A stretch of 35,793 bases of DNA from Octopus bimaculoides (Eukaryota). Below the pieces are notes generated by a model. That model was not told the origin of the DNA. It ran no database searches and saw only the letters and a program-made list of their open reading frames with translations. Positions 12,232 through 24,542 of the stretch are shown piece after piece (within the stretch, counting starts at the first letter, position 1; each line of letters begins with the position of its first letter). A program made the translations under genes and the position numbers. The stretch covers positions 9,350,132 to 9,385,924 of the forward strand of contig NC_069005.1 of assembly GCF_001194135.2 (NCBI RefSeq), given 5' to 3'.

Positions 12232-13024
12232 ATCGAAATTTAGTGAAATAAAATGACTGGGTATTTCAGGAAATTATAATATAATGACTGAGGTAAAATG
12301 AGATATATTGTCTAAAAAAAAAAAATGAAAAAAGAAAAAAAAAAAGAAATAATGAAAGTACAGGTGTAGAGTTGAAATAGTTTCTCCATAAAGAAATGTG
12401 GTGTACACTGCTTTTCAATTATGTTGCTGACACGGGGAAAAAAAGATGAAAAGGAAAACGAAATGAAATGGTTGTGTTTTTTTTATTTATTGTTCTTTTC
12501 TTTTTTGTTGTTTCCCTCCTATCTGCAAAAGCGCAACAAACAAACAGATATTTGTCGTGTGCGTGAGAGACATTGTGTGNNNNNNNNNNNNNNNNNNNNN
12601 NNNNNNNNNNNNNNNNNNNNNNNNNNNNNNNNNNNNNNNNNNNNNNNNNNNNNNNNNNNNNNNNNNNNNNNNNNNNNNNNNNNNNNNNNNNNNNNNNNNN
12701 NNNNNNNNNNNNNNNNNNNNNNNNNNNNNNNNNNNNNNNNNNNNNNNNNNNNNNNNNNNNNNNNNNNNNNNNNNNNNNNNNNNNNNNNNNNNNNNNNNNN
12801 NNNNNNNNNNNNNNNNNNNNNNNNNNNNNNNNNNNNNNNNNNNNNNNNNNNNNNNNNNNNNNNNNNNNNNNNNNNNNNNNNNNNNNNNNNNNNNNNNNNN
12901 NNNNNNNNNNNNNNNNNNNNNNNNNNNNNNNNNNNNNNNNNNNNNNNNNNNNNNNNNNNNNNNNNNNNNNNNNNNNNNNNNNNNNNNNNNNNNNNNNNNN
13001 NNNNNNNNNNNNNNNNNNNNNNNN

Positions 13025-13084
<60 letters not shown>

Positions 13085-13179
13085 TACACACACATATAAA
13101 TACATTCATATATACATATTTATATATACATATAAATAAGTTCTTATAAATACATACATGTACATGCATATATGTATAC

Positions 13180-13229
<50 letters not shown>

Positions 13230-13261
13230 GTATATACATATATACATATATGCATACATGT

Positions 13262-13292
<31 letters not shown>

Positions 13293-13512
13293 TAATATTG
13301 CTGTCTCTGAATATTATTCTCTCTCTCTCACTCTTCTCCTCCTCTGACTCTCTGTCTATGGCCACACCACCTCCACTTATTCTGACATAAGGTGTCTTGA
13401 AATACACCATGCAATGTACTGAGGCAGATTTGGCTGTTATTTCTAGTAAGGCAAACAATCATATAGTAGCTTCACTCATGCTCCATACCTTGCCTCTTGG
13501 AAGATGTGTCTA

Positions 13513-13564
<52 letters not shown>

Positions 13565-13614
13565 CACGTGCACACACATACACATATGGCTGTCTGTCTG
13601 TCTGTCTCTCTGTA

Positions 13615-13656
<42 letters not shown>

Positions 13657-13671
13657 GGCGGGACTAGTTAC

Positions 13672-14090
13672 AGGCATGGCTGTGCATTTAGAAGTTTGGT
13701 TTCCAGCTACATTGTATTAGGTTCAGTTCCACTGCATGGTACCTTGGGCAGCAAGTGTCTCTTTATTAAACCTTGTGAGTGTATTTCGTATTGGAAACTG
13801 AAGGAAGCCCATGTTTGTATGTGTGTGTTTGTCTGTTACTGTCTCCTTTCCTTGATATTGCATGATAACTGCAAGCAAGTGTCACTCACATGCAAGCTAT
13901 GTTCTTCATTTCCAATCTTTCATGAAGACATGTCTGGTCGTAATGCAATATTACCTTGGTTGGAAACAGGTGAGGGTTAGCATCAGGAAAAGCACCCTGC
14001 CATAAAAGAATCTGTTTTAACTAATTCCATCTGGCCAATGCATGTCAGGAAAAGTGGACATTAAAACCATGATGGTGGATGATGTTCAGG
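13672..14090 (+). mobile_element. SINE with a family A head and an RTE-type tail, diverged
   Basis: GGTTCAGTTCCACTGCATGGTACCTTGGGCA...GGAAACTGAAGGAAGCCC head; tail ...GGAAAAGTGGACATTAAAACCATGATG. Confidence 0.75.
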
Positions 14091-14611
14091 ATGATAACGA
14101 TACAAACATATCCGTTTGGGTCCCTATCTTAATTTCGGTCACTTTCTATCTATTTGCTGACCACCATCTAAAGCAATACTACAAAAAGAGCTGAAGAAGT
14201 CAGTAGATGCAGAAACATCTCGATGTCCCGGAAGTTTCCACTGAACTATATACAAACATATTTTCCTAATACAGGTACATATTAGTTTTGTTCTTTCCGA
14301 TATTTACATATTTATTTCACATTGATTTTGGTCATTGTCCAATCTTAATTTCCAATTAGTTTTTCGAACACTGTCTCAGTAAGTACATGTTTCATTTAGA
14401 CAAATTAAGATGTATCTTTCGAGAGGCTCCAGTCTGCTTAGCAATTACATATATGTATGTATAAATATATATGTATATATGTTGCATATATCTATCTGTC
14501 TGTCTATCTTATGTGTATATATACACATATTTATATTCCCAAACATTTATATATACATACTTATATACATACATATGTTTATATATATATATACATATAC
14601 AAATAAATGTA

Positions 14612-14668
<57 letters not shown>

Positions 14669-14849
14669 GCATACATACATACATACAAACAAATATGTGT
14701 GTATATACACAGCAAAAAGAACATGCATGTGTATATTGAATATTGTGTATATCACTGTAGTTAAGTTGCTGGCGTACATAGTTACATGTGTATACACAGA
14801 CACACTTATCCACATGGGCATAAATATATACACTAACATGCATATATAG

Positions 14850-14881
<32 letters not shown>

Positions 14882-15989
14882 CCACATGCACATACTCATA
14901 CACACATGTATTTGTGTGTGCGTGTGTGCAGTCGGTGCAGATGTAATCAATAGGTGTCAATATTGCATAGAGTGCAGTGTTACTGACTGCTGCGCAAATA
15001 TGCGTCGAGAAAAGTGCAAATATTTTCCCTCTGATAAAACAGCGAGAAATTAGCAAGTGAAGCTAGGAGGTCTGAGCAGGACTGGGAAAGTTAACAAACA
15101 GAAGAGAGTAATAATAATAAGAAGAATAATGTAATGATAATGATAATAGTAATAATAATATGATTATAATAAAATGAGAATATAATTAAAAGAAAAATAA
15201 TAAAAAAGAAGTTTAAATTAATAAACAAAAGCAGTGAATGAATTAACTGAAGGTGCTTGTTGATAATGGCAGTAGTGGTAGTAGGAGTAGTAGTAGAAAA
15301 ACTTTTTATAATGATAATAATAATGAGGATAATAATCATCATCATTGCCACCACCAACATCATCCTCATCCTCATCATCATCATCACCATTATCGTCATC
15401 ATTATCATAAGGATCATGATGTTGACGACCATCATCATCTTCATTGTAATCATCAGCATCATCATTGTAATCAGCATCACTATCATTGTAGCTGTCATCA
15501 TAATCATCATCATCATCATCGCCAACTGTTCTTTTTGTTGCTGTTTTGCATATTTTTCATTATCCTTATTNNNNNNNNNNNNNNNNNNNNNNNNNNNNNN
15601 NNNNNNNNNNNNNNNNNNNNNNNNNNNNNNNNNNNNNNNNNNNNNNNNNNNNNNNNNNNNNNNNNNNNNNNNNNNNNNNNNNNNNNNNNNNNNNNNNNNA
15701 TTATCATCATCATCATAACCGCCACCACCACCGCCACCACCATCATCATTCTCATCTTAATCATTTTCGTCTTTATTTTCATCGTCGTTTTCATTGTTTT
15801 CAAGATTTCTTTTGCTGTTTATTTTTTTTCTTTTTGTTTGTTTGATTGTTTGTGCATTGTTTGTCCGTTACTTTCCTTGTTTGCTCTGATGATGTCACGA
15901 GTTTGTTTGCATAAAGGAATAATAACCATTTTCTTCATAGGAATCGATTCCATTACCATTATTGTCTAAGAGGAACAAAACCAGATTTG

Positions 15990-16530
15990 TGGAGCCAGCT
16001 CCATGTCCATCTCTGTCTCCTTTTTTTTAACTCCTTCTCTCTTTTCCTGTCCCTTTTACCATCTCTCTTCTCATTCATTTGCTTTCTCTCTCTCTTTACC
16101 TGTCTCTCTACCTGTCTGTCTGTCTATCTATCTATTTTTATCTCTCTCTTTCTTGCTCTCGCTCATCCTATCTATCTTTCTCTCTCTCTCTCTGTTTCTT
16201 TCTCTCTATTTCTCTCCCTCTCTATCTTTATCTCAGTATCTCACTCATTATCTGTCTTTCTTGCTCTCTCATCTCTCTATCTCCTTCTCCCCTCTTCTTC
16301 TCTCTCCCTCTCCCCCTCTTCCTCTCTCTCCCCTCTCTAATCCCTTCTCTCTCTTTCTCATCCCTTCTCCCTCTCTCTCATCCCTTCTCTCTCCTCTCTC
16401 CCTCCCTGCCTCTCCTCTCTCCCTCATTGGATCTCCCAATAGTCTTTCTCCCCTCCCTCTCTTTTCTTTGTATTTCTTTCCTGTTCCTTCTCTTCTTCCC
16501 TCCCCCACCTCTTCTTACGCCCTTCCCTCA
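15990..16530. repeat. Polypyrimidine/polypurine (CT-rich) tract of about 540 bp
   Basis: Almost purely C/T on the plus strand. Confidence 0.9.
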
Positions 16531-16608
16531 TTTTTTCCATGATTATTCTGGTAAATTTGCATACAATAGAACACCACCACCACCACCATCATTTAATGTC
16601 CACTTATG

Positions 16609-16970
16609 ATAATCCTTTCTACTATAGTCACAAGGCCTGAAATTTTGTCAGGGAGGGAGGAGGGGTCAATCAGTTATTTTGATCTCTGTACTTGACTGGT
16701 ACTTATTGGTGTCAACCCCAAAAGAACAGAAAGGTAAAGTTGACCCAGGTGAAATTTGAACTCAGAAAGTATAGAGCTAGAAGAAACACTACTAAGCATT
16801 TTATCCACCATGCTAACAATTCTGCCAGCTTGTTTCCTCACAATGGCTTCAGATTTTGGCACAAGGCCAGAAATCTTAGCCATGTTATGTCGACCCCAGT
16901 GCTCAGCTGGTACTTCTTTTACTGACCCAGAAAGAATGAAAGGCAAACTTGGATTTGGCAGCATTAGAAC
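16609..16970 (-). mobile_element. Two adjacent SINE family B copies (16609-16836 and partial 16843-16970)
   Basis: Both contain CACAAGGCC.GAAAT, a CTGGTACTT core and GAAAGG.AAA, as in 8239-8479. Confidence 0.8.
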
Positions 16971-16993
16971 TCCCATAACTTAGCAATCTTAAC

Positions 16994-17087
16994 ACACATC
17001 TCCCTCTGTTTCTTTCTGTGTTCCTTTCTGCTGAAGAGCATAGGCTTGAAATGTAAAAGACTTTCTTACTTCTCAAGTATTAAACTA
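16994..17087 (+). mobile_element. Family C copy with hammerhead-like motif at 17023-17060
   Basis: CCTTT-CTGCTGA-A-GAGC-ATAG-GCTT-GAAA-T-GTA-AAAGA. Confidence 0.7.
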
Positions 17088-17379
17088 CAAAGTGACCCTC
17101 CTCTGCACAAGTCAGAGCAAGCTTGTTTATGGAAGACCAGCAGTCACCCATGCATACCAGACTCCCCTCTCTACACCAGCGATGTTATCCAAGGGAAAGG
17201 CAATGGTCGATACAGCTTGGCACCTGTGACCTCACAACTCCTTTCTACAGCTGAGTGAACTGGAGCAACGTGAAATAAAGTGTCTTGCTTAAGAACACAA
17301 AACACAGCCCTGTCTGGGATTCGAACTCACAGCCTCACGGTCGTAAGCTCAACACTCTAATCACTGAGCCATGTGCCTT
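17088..17379 (-). mobile_element. SINE family D head with a different 3' body
   Basis: Plus strand reads CAGCTGAGTGAACTGGAGCAACGTGAAATAAAGTGTCTTGCT...GGGATTCGAACTCAC...CACTGAGCCATGTGCCTTC, the reverse complement of the family D head. Confidence 0.85.
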
Positions 17380-17602
17380 CATATATATATATATATATAT
17401 CTGTAAAAATATGGCACAATTATTCAGTAGCCCTGGCATCCGAAACTCGGAGTTTTATCATGGCTATTGAATAATTGTCACATACTTTTACAGATAAATT
17501 CCTATATTTACATAAAATCGAGGTTTCTTTCTTTCTTTTGTTGTCTTTTCTATCAATATATATATATATAAATATATATCTATATAGTTACATATATAAG
17601 TC

Positions 17603-17800
17603 GCCATGATTGATCGCTAGCCACTAAACCTTTTTTGATTATTTCTCCCTGTTTATTTCTGTGTTCCTTTCTGTCGAAGAGCATACGCTCAAAACGTAAA
17701 AGACTTTCTTATTTCTCAAGCATTAAACTAATACATCTGTTTGTTGTTTACACACCTGTCTTTGTCTTTTGTTTCTTTTTCATAAATTCTCACTATATAT
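17603..17800 (+). mobile_element. Family C copy with hammerhead-like motif at 17666-17703 (G12 mutated to A)
   Basis: CCTTT-CTGTCGA-A-GAGC-ATAC-GCTC-AAAA-C-GTA-AAAGA; downstream homology with 6759-6850. Confidence 0.75.
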
Positions 17801-18839
17801 GTATTGATATTTATATGTTTATAAATATAAATATATACACAAATACACACACTCTCCTAGCTAAACACAAATATNNNNNNNNNNNNNNNNNNNNNNNNNN
17901 NNNNNNNNNNNNNNNNNNNNNNNNNNNNNNNNNNNNNNNNNNNNNNNNNNNNNNNNNNNNNNNNNNNNNNNNNNNNNNNNNNNNNNNNNNNNNNNNNNNN
18001 NNNNNNNNNNNNNNNNNNNNNNNNNNNNNNNNNNNNNNNNNNNNNNNNNNNNNNNNNNNNNNNNNNNNNNNNNNNNNNNNNNNNNNNNNNNNNNNNNNNN
18101 NNNNNNNNNNNNNNNNNNNNNNNNNNNNNNNNNNNNNNNNNNNNNNNNNNNNNNNNNNNNNNNNNNNNNNNNNNNNNNNNNNNNNNNNNNNNNNNNNNNN
18201 NNNNNNNNNNNNNNNNNNNNNNNNNNNNNNNNNNNNNNNNNNNNNNNNNNNNNNNNNNNNNNNNNNNNNNNNNNNNNNNNNNNNNNNNNNNNNNNNNNNN
18301 NNNNNNNNNNNNNNNNNNNNNNNNNNNNNNNNNNNNNNNNNNNNNNNNNNNNNNNNNNNNNNNNNNNNNNNNNNNNNNNNNNNNNNNNNNNNNNNNNNNN
18401 NNNNNNNNNNNNNNNNNNNNNNNNNNNNNNNNNNNNNNNNNNNNNNNNNNNNNNNNNNNNNNNNNNNNNNNNNNNNNNNNNNNNNNNNNNNNNNNNNNNN
18501 NNNNNNNNNNNNNNNNNNNNNNNNNNNNNNNNNNNNNNNNNNNNNNNNNNNNNNNNNNNNNNNNNNNNNNNNNNNNNNNNTATATATATATATATATATA
18601 TATATGTACATACACATACATATATATACATATACATATATGCAGATATATAGAGAGATAAAGACAGAGACAGGTATGTCTGTGTGTCCCCTTCCATTAC
18701 CTCGATATCAATGTAACTTATCTGGCAACCACCAATCAGTACAGCGATTAGTTTCTCGTTCTTTGATGATAAATATTTCAGATGAGCAGAGTCAGGCTTA
18801 TGAATTAAATATCACTATAAAATATGTTCACTTGCACAT

Positions 18840-18879
<40 letters not shown>

Positions 18880-19012
18880 GCACACACGCAGATACACACA
18901 TAAACACACATACACACTGAGAGAGAAATACACACATGGACATGCATGCACACACACAACAAGATACCCATTCACATCCATACAAAGAAATACACAAACA
19001 GAGAAATCATAG

Positions 19013-19054
<42 letters not shown>

Positions 19055-19726
19055 ACACTGAAACTGTCATAAAGAAATACAGATACAGAGACAAAGCATA
19101 AATACACACACATACACACACAACACAGAAATACACATCTTCAAACACACAAAGAAATACAGACACATAGAGAAATTATACATACACATACACACACACA
19201 GAACAGAGTAATACACACACACACACAGAAATCACACCTGCATCCATGCATGCACACTGAGAAAGGCACATATGTGCTAAGAAGGGGAAATGCACACATG
19301 CATAGATGCATACATAGAAAACTCACATACTCACACTCTCATGCACACACACACACACATAGAACAGTTTCAGACACATGTTTCAGTGCAGATGCACACA
19401 TACACAAACACACACATGTATATACACATACACATTTGCATAAGTAGCTACACACACTCACAGAAATACACAGTTACACACGTACATACACACAAAAATA
19501 CACATTCATACACATTTGCAGACACAGATTCACACTTGTGTGCATGCACACACGCACACACTCACACACACAGATATACACTCACTTATGTATACATACA
19601 CACAAACAGACATATACATAAACACACGCACACAAACACACATGTACACACACATATATGCATACACAGAAACACGCACACAAACACATACACACAAACA
19701 CACACACTCATATAAACATACACACA

Positions 19727-19768
<42 letters not shown>

Positions 19769-20302
19769 ATGAGAAATTTCAGACACAGTCATGGACACAC
19801 ACTCAGAATAATACGCACACACATACACTGATGTACAAGTAGGTGCATGCGTAAACGCACACAGGGAGTGAAGTGTGAGTGCATGCATATATCACCGTAT
19901 GTATATTTCTCCATGTGAGTGTGTGTGTGATTTCTATGTGTGTGTGTGTGCGTGTGCATTTGTGTGTATAGTTATAGATAATTAAACGCATACATATATG
20001 CACATACATACACACACACACACACACACTCATACAGAGAAATACACACGCACACACACACACACAGTAATTCACACACAAGAACACGTACACAAATAGC
20101 CACATTTACATATAGAGAAATGTACACACAAAGATATGCACACACAGACACGCGCACACAGAGAAATCATGGGTACACACCCCATCATACATATGCACAC
20201 ACACACAGAGGAAAATACACACGCAAACACGCTTGTATAATTAGCCACATTCACATATAGATGAGTACGCAAACACACTAACACGAGTACAGACACACAC
20301 AC

Positions 20303-20338
<36 letters not shown>

Positions 20339-20449
20339 CATGCACACTCACACATACAAACTTAGACATAAATACATACATGAAAACACATGCACAAACT
20401 CATGTGACTATATACCCCTCTCTTTCTCTCTTTCTATATATATATATAT

Positions 20450-20484
<35 letters not shown>

Positions 20485-20871
20485 CATATACACACACACA
20501 CTTTCACATTGGTATTCATTCACATGCAGCCACACGCATGCACGCCCACATACACACACACACACACACAGAGGTGGATTCACATGATTGAACGAATTTC
20601 ATATGCAAACTCATCTATGCAAGTACAGACTCACATATGTGAACAGCAGAATTCGAATAAAGCAACAGAAGCAATTATATATTTGTGTGCAGACACATAT
20701 ATATGCATACTCACATACATACATACATACATATATATGTATATATATGTATATATATATATGTATATATATGTATATATATATGTATATATGTATATAC
20801 CTTTGTTTGTGTATATATACGCACACACATTTATATACATTTATATGTATATGGAGATCTATATATATATG

Positions 20872-20903
<32 letters not shown>

Positions 20904-21087
20904 TATATGTGTGTTTATGTGTATGTATATATATATATATATATATGTGCGCACACACACATACATGTATATATATATATGTATATGTATATATACATAT
21001 CTATATACACATATATATATATATATATCTCTATATGTACATATATATATATAAGTATATGTACATTTACATATATGTATATCTGTC

Positions 21088-21136
<49 letters not shown>

Positions 21137-21165
21137 TCACGGATTTCCATATTAGTATGTATATA
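18840..21165. repeat. CA-rich cryptic satellite (recurrent AGAAATACAC motif) followed by a TA-rich field
   Basis: Direct reading. Confidence 0.9.
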
Positions 21166-21289
21166 TATGTGTGCGTGTATAAAATGCTACCATATTCTGT
21201 TTGATGTATTCTTTATTCCCCCTCTCTTCAAACACAAACAATAATTCCTCTCATCCCCCCCCCACCATTGTTCCACTCACACACAGACA

Positions 21290-21740
21290 CACACACGCAT
21301 ACACTTTCTTTCTGTCTCTCTACTTCTTCTCCCCCTCCCAACACACTTTTTCCTAGCTCTCCTCCTCCTCCTCTCTCACCCTCCACTTCTCCCCCTCTCT
21401 CTGTGTATCTTTTTCACTCTCCACATCTCTTCAGCTTCTTCTGTATTCTTCTCTTTTCTGTAGCTCACTCCTCTCTCTCTCTCTCTACTTTACCTCACCC
21501 CACCTCTATCTGTACTCCGGTAGTTCATATCTCTGTCTTTCACTCTACCTTTTGTTTCCCCACTCATGTCATTTATATCAAACACTCTCTCTGCCTCTCT
21601 CTCTCTCTCATTCTTCCCATCCTCCTTAATCTCTTTTAACTTTATTCACCCCCCCCCCACACATCCCCCATCATCTATCTCTGTTCTCTCCTCTCCTAAA
21701 TCTCTCTCTCCTTCTCCTTCACCTTTTCTCTGTTGCTCTT
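21290..21740. repeat. CT-rich polypyrimidine tract
   Basis: Direct reading. Confidence 0.85.
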
Positions 21741-22263
21741 TCTATCAAGAGAAATCAAGGCAAGGAGACATCACACACACACACACACACACACACACAA
21801 CAAACGCACACACACACGCACATGCATGTACACAAAATTGTGTGCTCCTGTGGCTAAGGTGTTGCATTCAAGATTGCAAGATTGTAGTTTCATTTTCTGG
21901 AAAGATCAGTTTTGCTCTGCTCTTGAGTGATACACTCCATTTCATCTCACTCTGCAATCACCTCAACATCTCATGCATGACACACCAAACACCTGTATAG
22001 ACAACATTGATTTGATGGAGGGATGGAGCCAATGTACCTCACGTACATATGATCACTATAAGCAAATCACCTGAGCTGGTTGCCCAGCAAGCAATTGCTG
22101 AACCTTCAGGTGTTATTTTCAGCATGAGCGTTGGCTATATGTTGGTCTGTCTCTCATTGTTCAGTTTTATATCATGATTTCTTGCCAAAAGAGACAGATA
22201 CAGTTCCATATTTAAGAGATGAGGAATTATGTACATTATTTACATTACATTTGATGGATATTT

Positions 22264-22449
22264 GGAGACCACCTCACCCTGTGGGATGATGTTAAAATAA
22301 TAGACAGAGAACACCACTGAGAAATATGAAAACTAAAAGAAGCAACACATATGCTAGGACATAATACCCTCCGAAGCAGACTGAGTGCAGATATGAGTAA
22401 CATATGGGAACTGGTATTAAGGAAAGATAGGAGAATATTAGATTTATAA
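22264..22449 (+). pseudogene. Disrupted GIY-YIG endonuclease C-terminal fragment of a Penelope-like element
   Basis: Two in-frame TGA stops fall where Trp and Arg would be expected; motif recognised by eye. Confidence 0.7.
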
Positions 22450-22622
22450 GCCCTAAAATTCACTCCAAAATTACCCACGGGCATATCGTGTAGTGGTTAA
22501 GAGCGCGAGCTACTAACCCCAAGATTCTGGTTCCAGGCAGTGACCTGAATAATAATAATAATAATAATAATAACATCGAAAGATACCTTAGGAATGAGAA
22601 GCCAGGTTCGAAATTTCCCCAA

Positions 22623-22665
22623 GACACCTGATGAAGGCTGGAGGGTGTATCAACTGAAACGTGTT
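22623..22665 (+). ncRNA. Decayed minimal hammerhead ribozyme of the Penelope-like element
   Basis: GACAC-CTGATGA-A-GGCTG-gagggtgtat-CAACT-GAAAC-GTGTT. Canonical core; stem I GACAC/GTGTT; stem II has a mismatch; the NUH triplet appears deleted. Confidence 0.55.
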
Positions 22666-22936
22666 AACAACAAACAAGATTAGAACAGATATCCATCAAC
22701 TGTAAATAAAGAGACAGAGTTGGTTTCTACCTAGACCCAAGGCTCCTTCATTGGAATTTCAACATCAACAGGATATTTTTGTATGTATGTATATGTGAGG
22801 ATTTGTATGTTTTGTTTTATGAATGCATTCCCATGCATATAGCTACATATCTAGACATGCTCATGTATATCTAAATGATAAACTTCAGGAAAATTTTACA
22901 GATTTTTGCAGTTCCAGTCATAGATTGGATCTGTAG

Positions 22937-23152
22937 TCTTTTCACAATAGGCAAAAGGCCTGAAATTTGGGGGAAGGGGATAGTCGATTACATCGACCCC
23001 AGTACTCAACAACTGGTACTTAATTCATCGACCCCAAAATGATGAAAGGTAAAGTTGACCTCGGCGGAATTTCAACACAGAACATAGCGGCAGACGAAAT
23101 ACAGCTAAGCACTTCACCCAGCATGCTAAAGATTCGGCCAGCTTTCCGCCTT
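22937..23152 (-). mobile_element. SINE family B, near full length
   Basis: High similarity to 8290-8479; 3' hairpin AGGC-AAAAG-GCCT. Confidence 0.9.
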
Positions 23153-23410
23153 CCAATGATACCATATATGTATGCTTGTTGTATGTACATATGTATATTC
23201 AAATACGAAACACAAGTAATGCTTGTGCAGCAACCATTATTAACTGCTTTTGCCCAGTGTATTTGTCTGTGATTTGGTGTGGTAGAGAATATATATGTGT
23301 GTATGTGTCTCTGTGTGTGTGTGGATGTGTCTCTGTGTGTGTGTGCATGTATATATATATATATATATACACAGGTTTCGTGTGTCACATAGCTAGCTNN
23401 NNNNNNNNGA

Positions 23411-23619
23411 AGTAAAGTTTATTGTCACATCAATATGGCTGTTCCGTAGGATTTGACATTTTGACACTGCTACCTCCTCCAGCTGGTTATCGATGTAATC
23501 TGCATCCAATATATATTGCATCCATAACCAGCTGGGGTAGGCTCCTCCTGGGCTTAAAAATGATAGTAACATTGATTCCTACAGAACAGTCATATTAATG
23601 TGGTAATAAAAGTAACTTA
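23411..23619. repeat. Foldback / palindromic MITE-like element
   Basis: Outer arms 23418-23452 and 23577-23611 (30/35 complementary); inner arms 23479-23499 and 23515-23535 (19/21). Confidence 0.85.
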
Positions 23620-23686
23620 TATGTGTATATATATATATCTACACACACGCACACATATATATACACATGTCTATATATATATATAT

Positions 23687-23722
<36 letters not shown>

Positions 23723-23876
23723 ACACACACACATATATCTACACATATACATATATATTTACACATATATATATATATACATATATATATACATACACAC
23801 ATGTATATACATGTATATATATCTACATATATATGTACATATATATCTACATATATATATATATATATATATACAC

Positions 23877-23960
<84 letters not shown>

Positions 23961-23999
23961 GCACACACACATATATGTGTGTGTGTACACATGTATATA

Positions 24000-24453
24000 C
24001 AGGTCGTCATTGACTTACGACCAATCGACTTTATGGCAATTGGAATGCCAGCTCCCAGCAGCAATATTAAATAGTCTAGTTGAAATCTAATGGATTTAAT
24101 TCCTCAGAAATTAACCCATCTACAGACAATGTCAGCTAACAAATGCTTCCCCTAGGTTGGTTATCGATCGCCACTGAATTTATCCCAAATGCTGGATGAA
24201 TATCTTGTCACAGAGACATTGTGGCAACCTCATATTTGTTTATAAGACGACTGCTTGAGATTCCGAAATTTTTTACTAATTTCAGTATAATAGAATAATT
24301 CAGAATGCTGTGTGTGACTTTTACCTGAGAATTTACCTTAAGAATGTAAAAATACAAAACAAAGCTAGGTAGGCCTATAGACCTACTTAAGACCAAATTG
24401 ACTTACGATCAGTCAGTCGGAAACAATTGTGGTCATAAGTTGACAACAACCTG
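24000..24453. mobile_element. Tc1/mariner superfamily (pogo/Tigger-like) MITE
   Basis: 24-bp TIRs CAGGTCGTCATTGACTTACGACCA (24000-24023) and the reverse complement of 24430-24453 (18/24 identical, all differences transitions). TA precedes the left end; the right end is followed by G then TA. A subterminal copy TTGACTTACGA lies near 24398. Confidence 0.8.
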
Positions 24454-24454
24454 G

Positions 24455-24498
<44 letters not shown>

Positions 24499-24506
24499 GA
24501 TATATA

Positions 24507-24542
<36 letters not shown>

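Larger units (their letters stand above)
22199..22710 (+). mobile_element. Penelope-like retroelement remnant: inverted 3' segment, endonuclease C-terminus, 3' UTR and hammerhead remnant
   Basis: Translation of 22264-22449 gives GDHLTLWDDVKIIDREHH*EI*KLKEATHMLGHNTLRSRLSADMSNIWELVLRKDRRILDL*, resembling the W-x-x-V-K-I-I-D-x-E...K-L-K-E-A end of PLE GIY-YIG domains. A CTGATGA...GAAAC motif lies at 22628-22660. 22201-22263 is inverted relative to 22687-22710. Confidence 0.8.
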
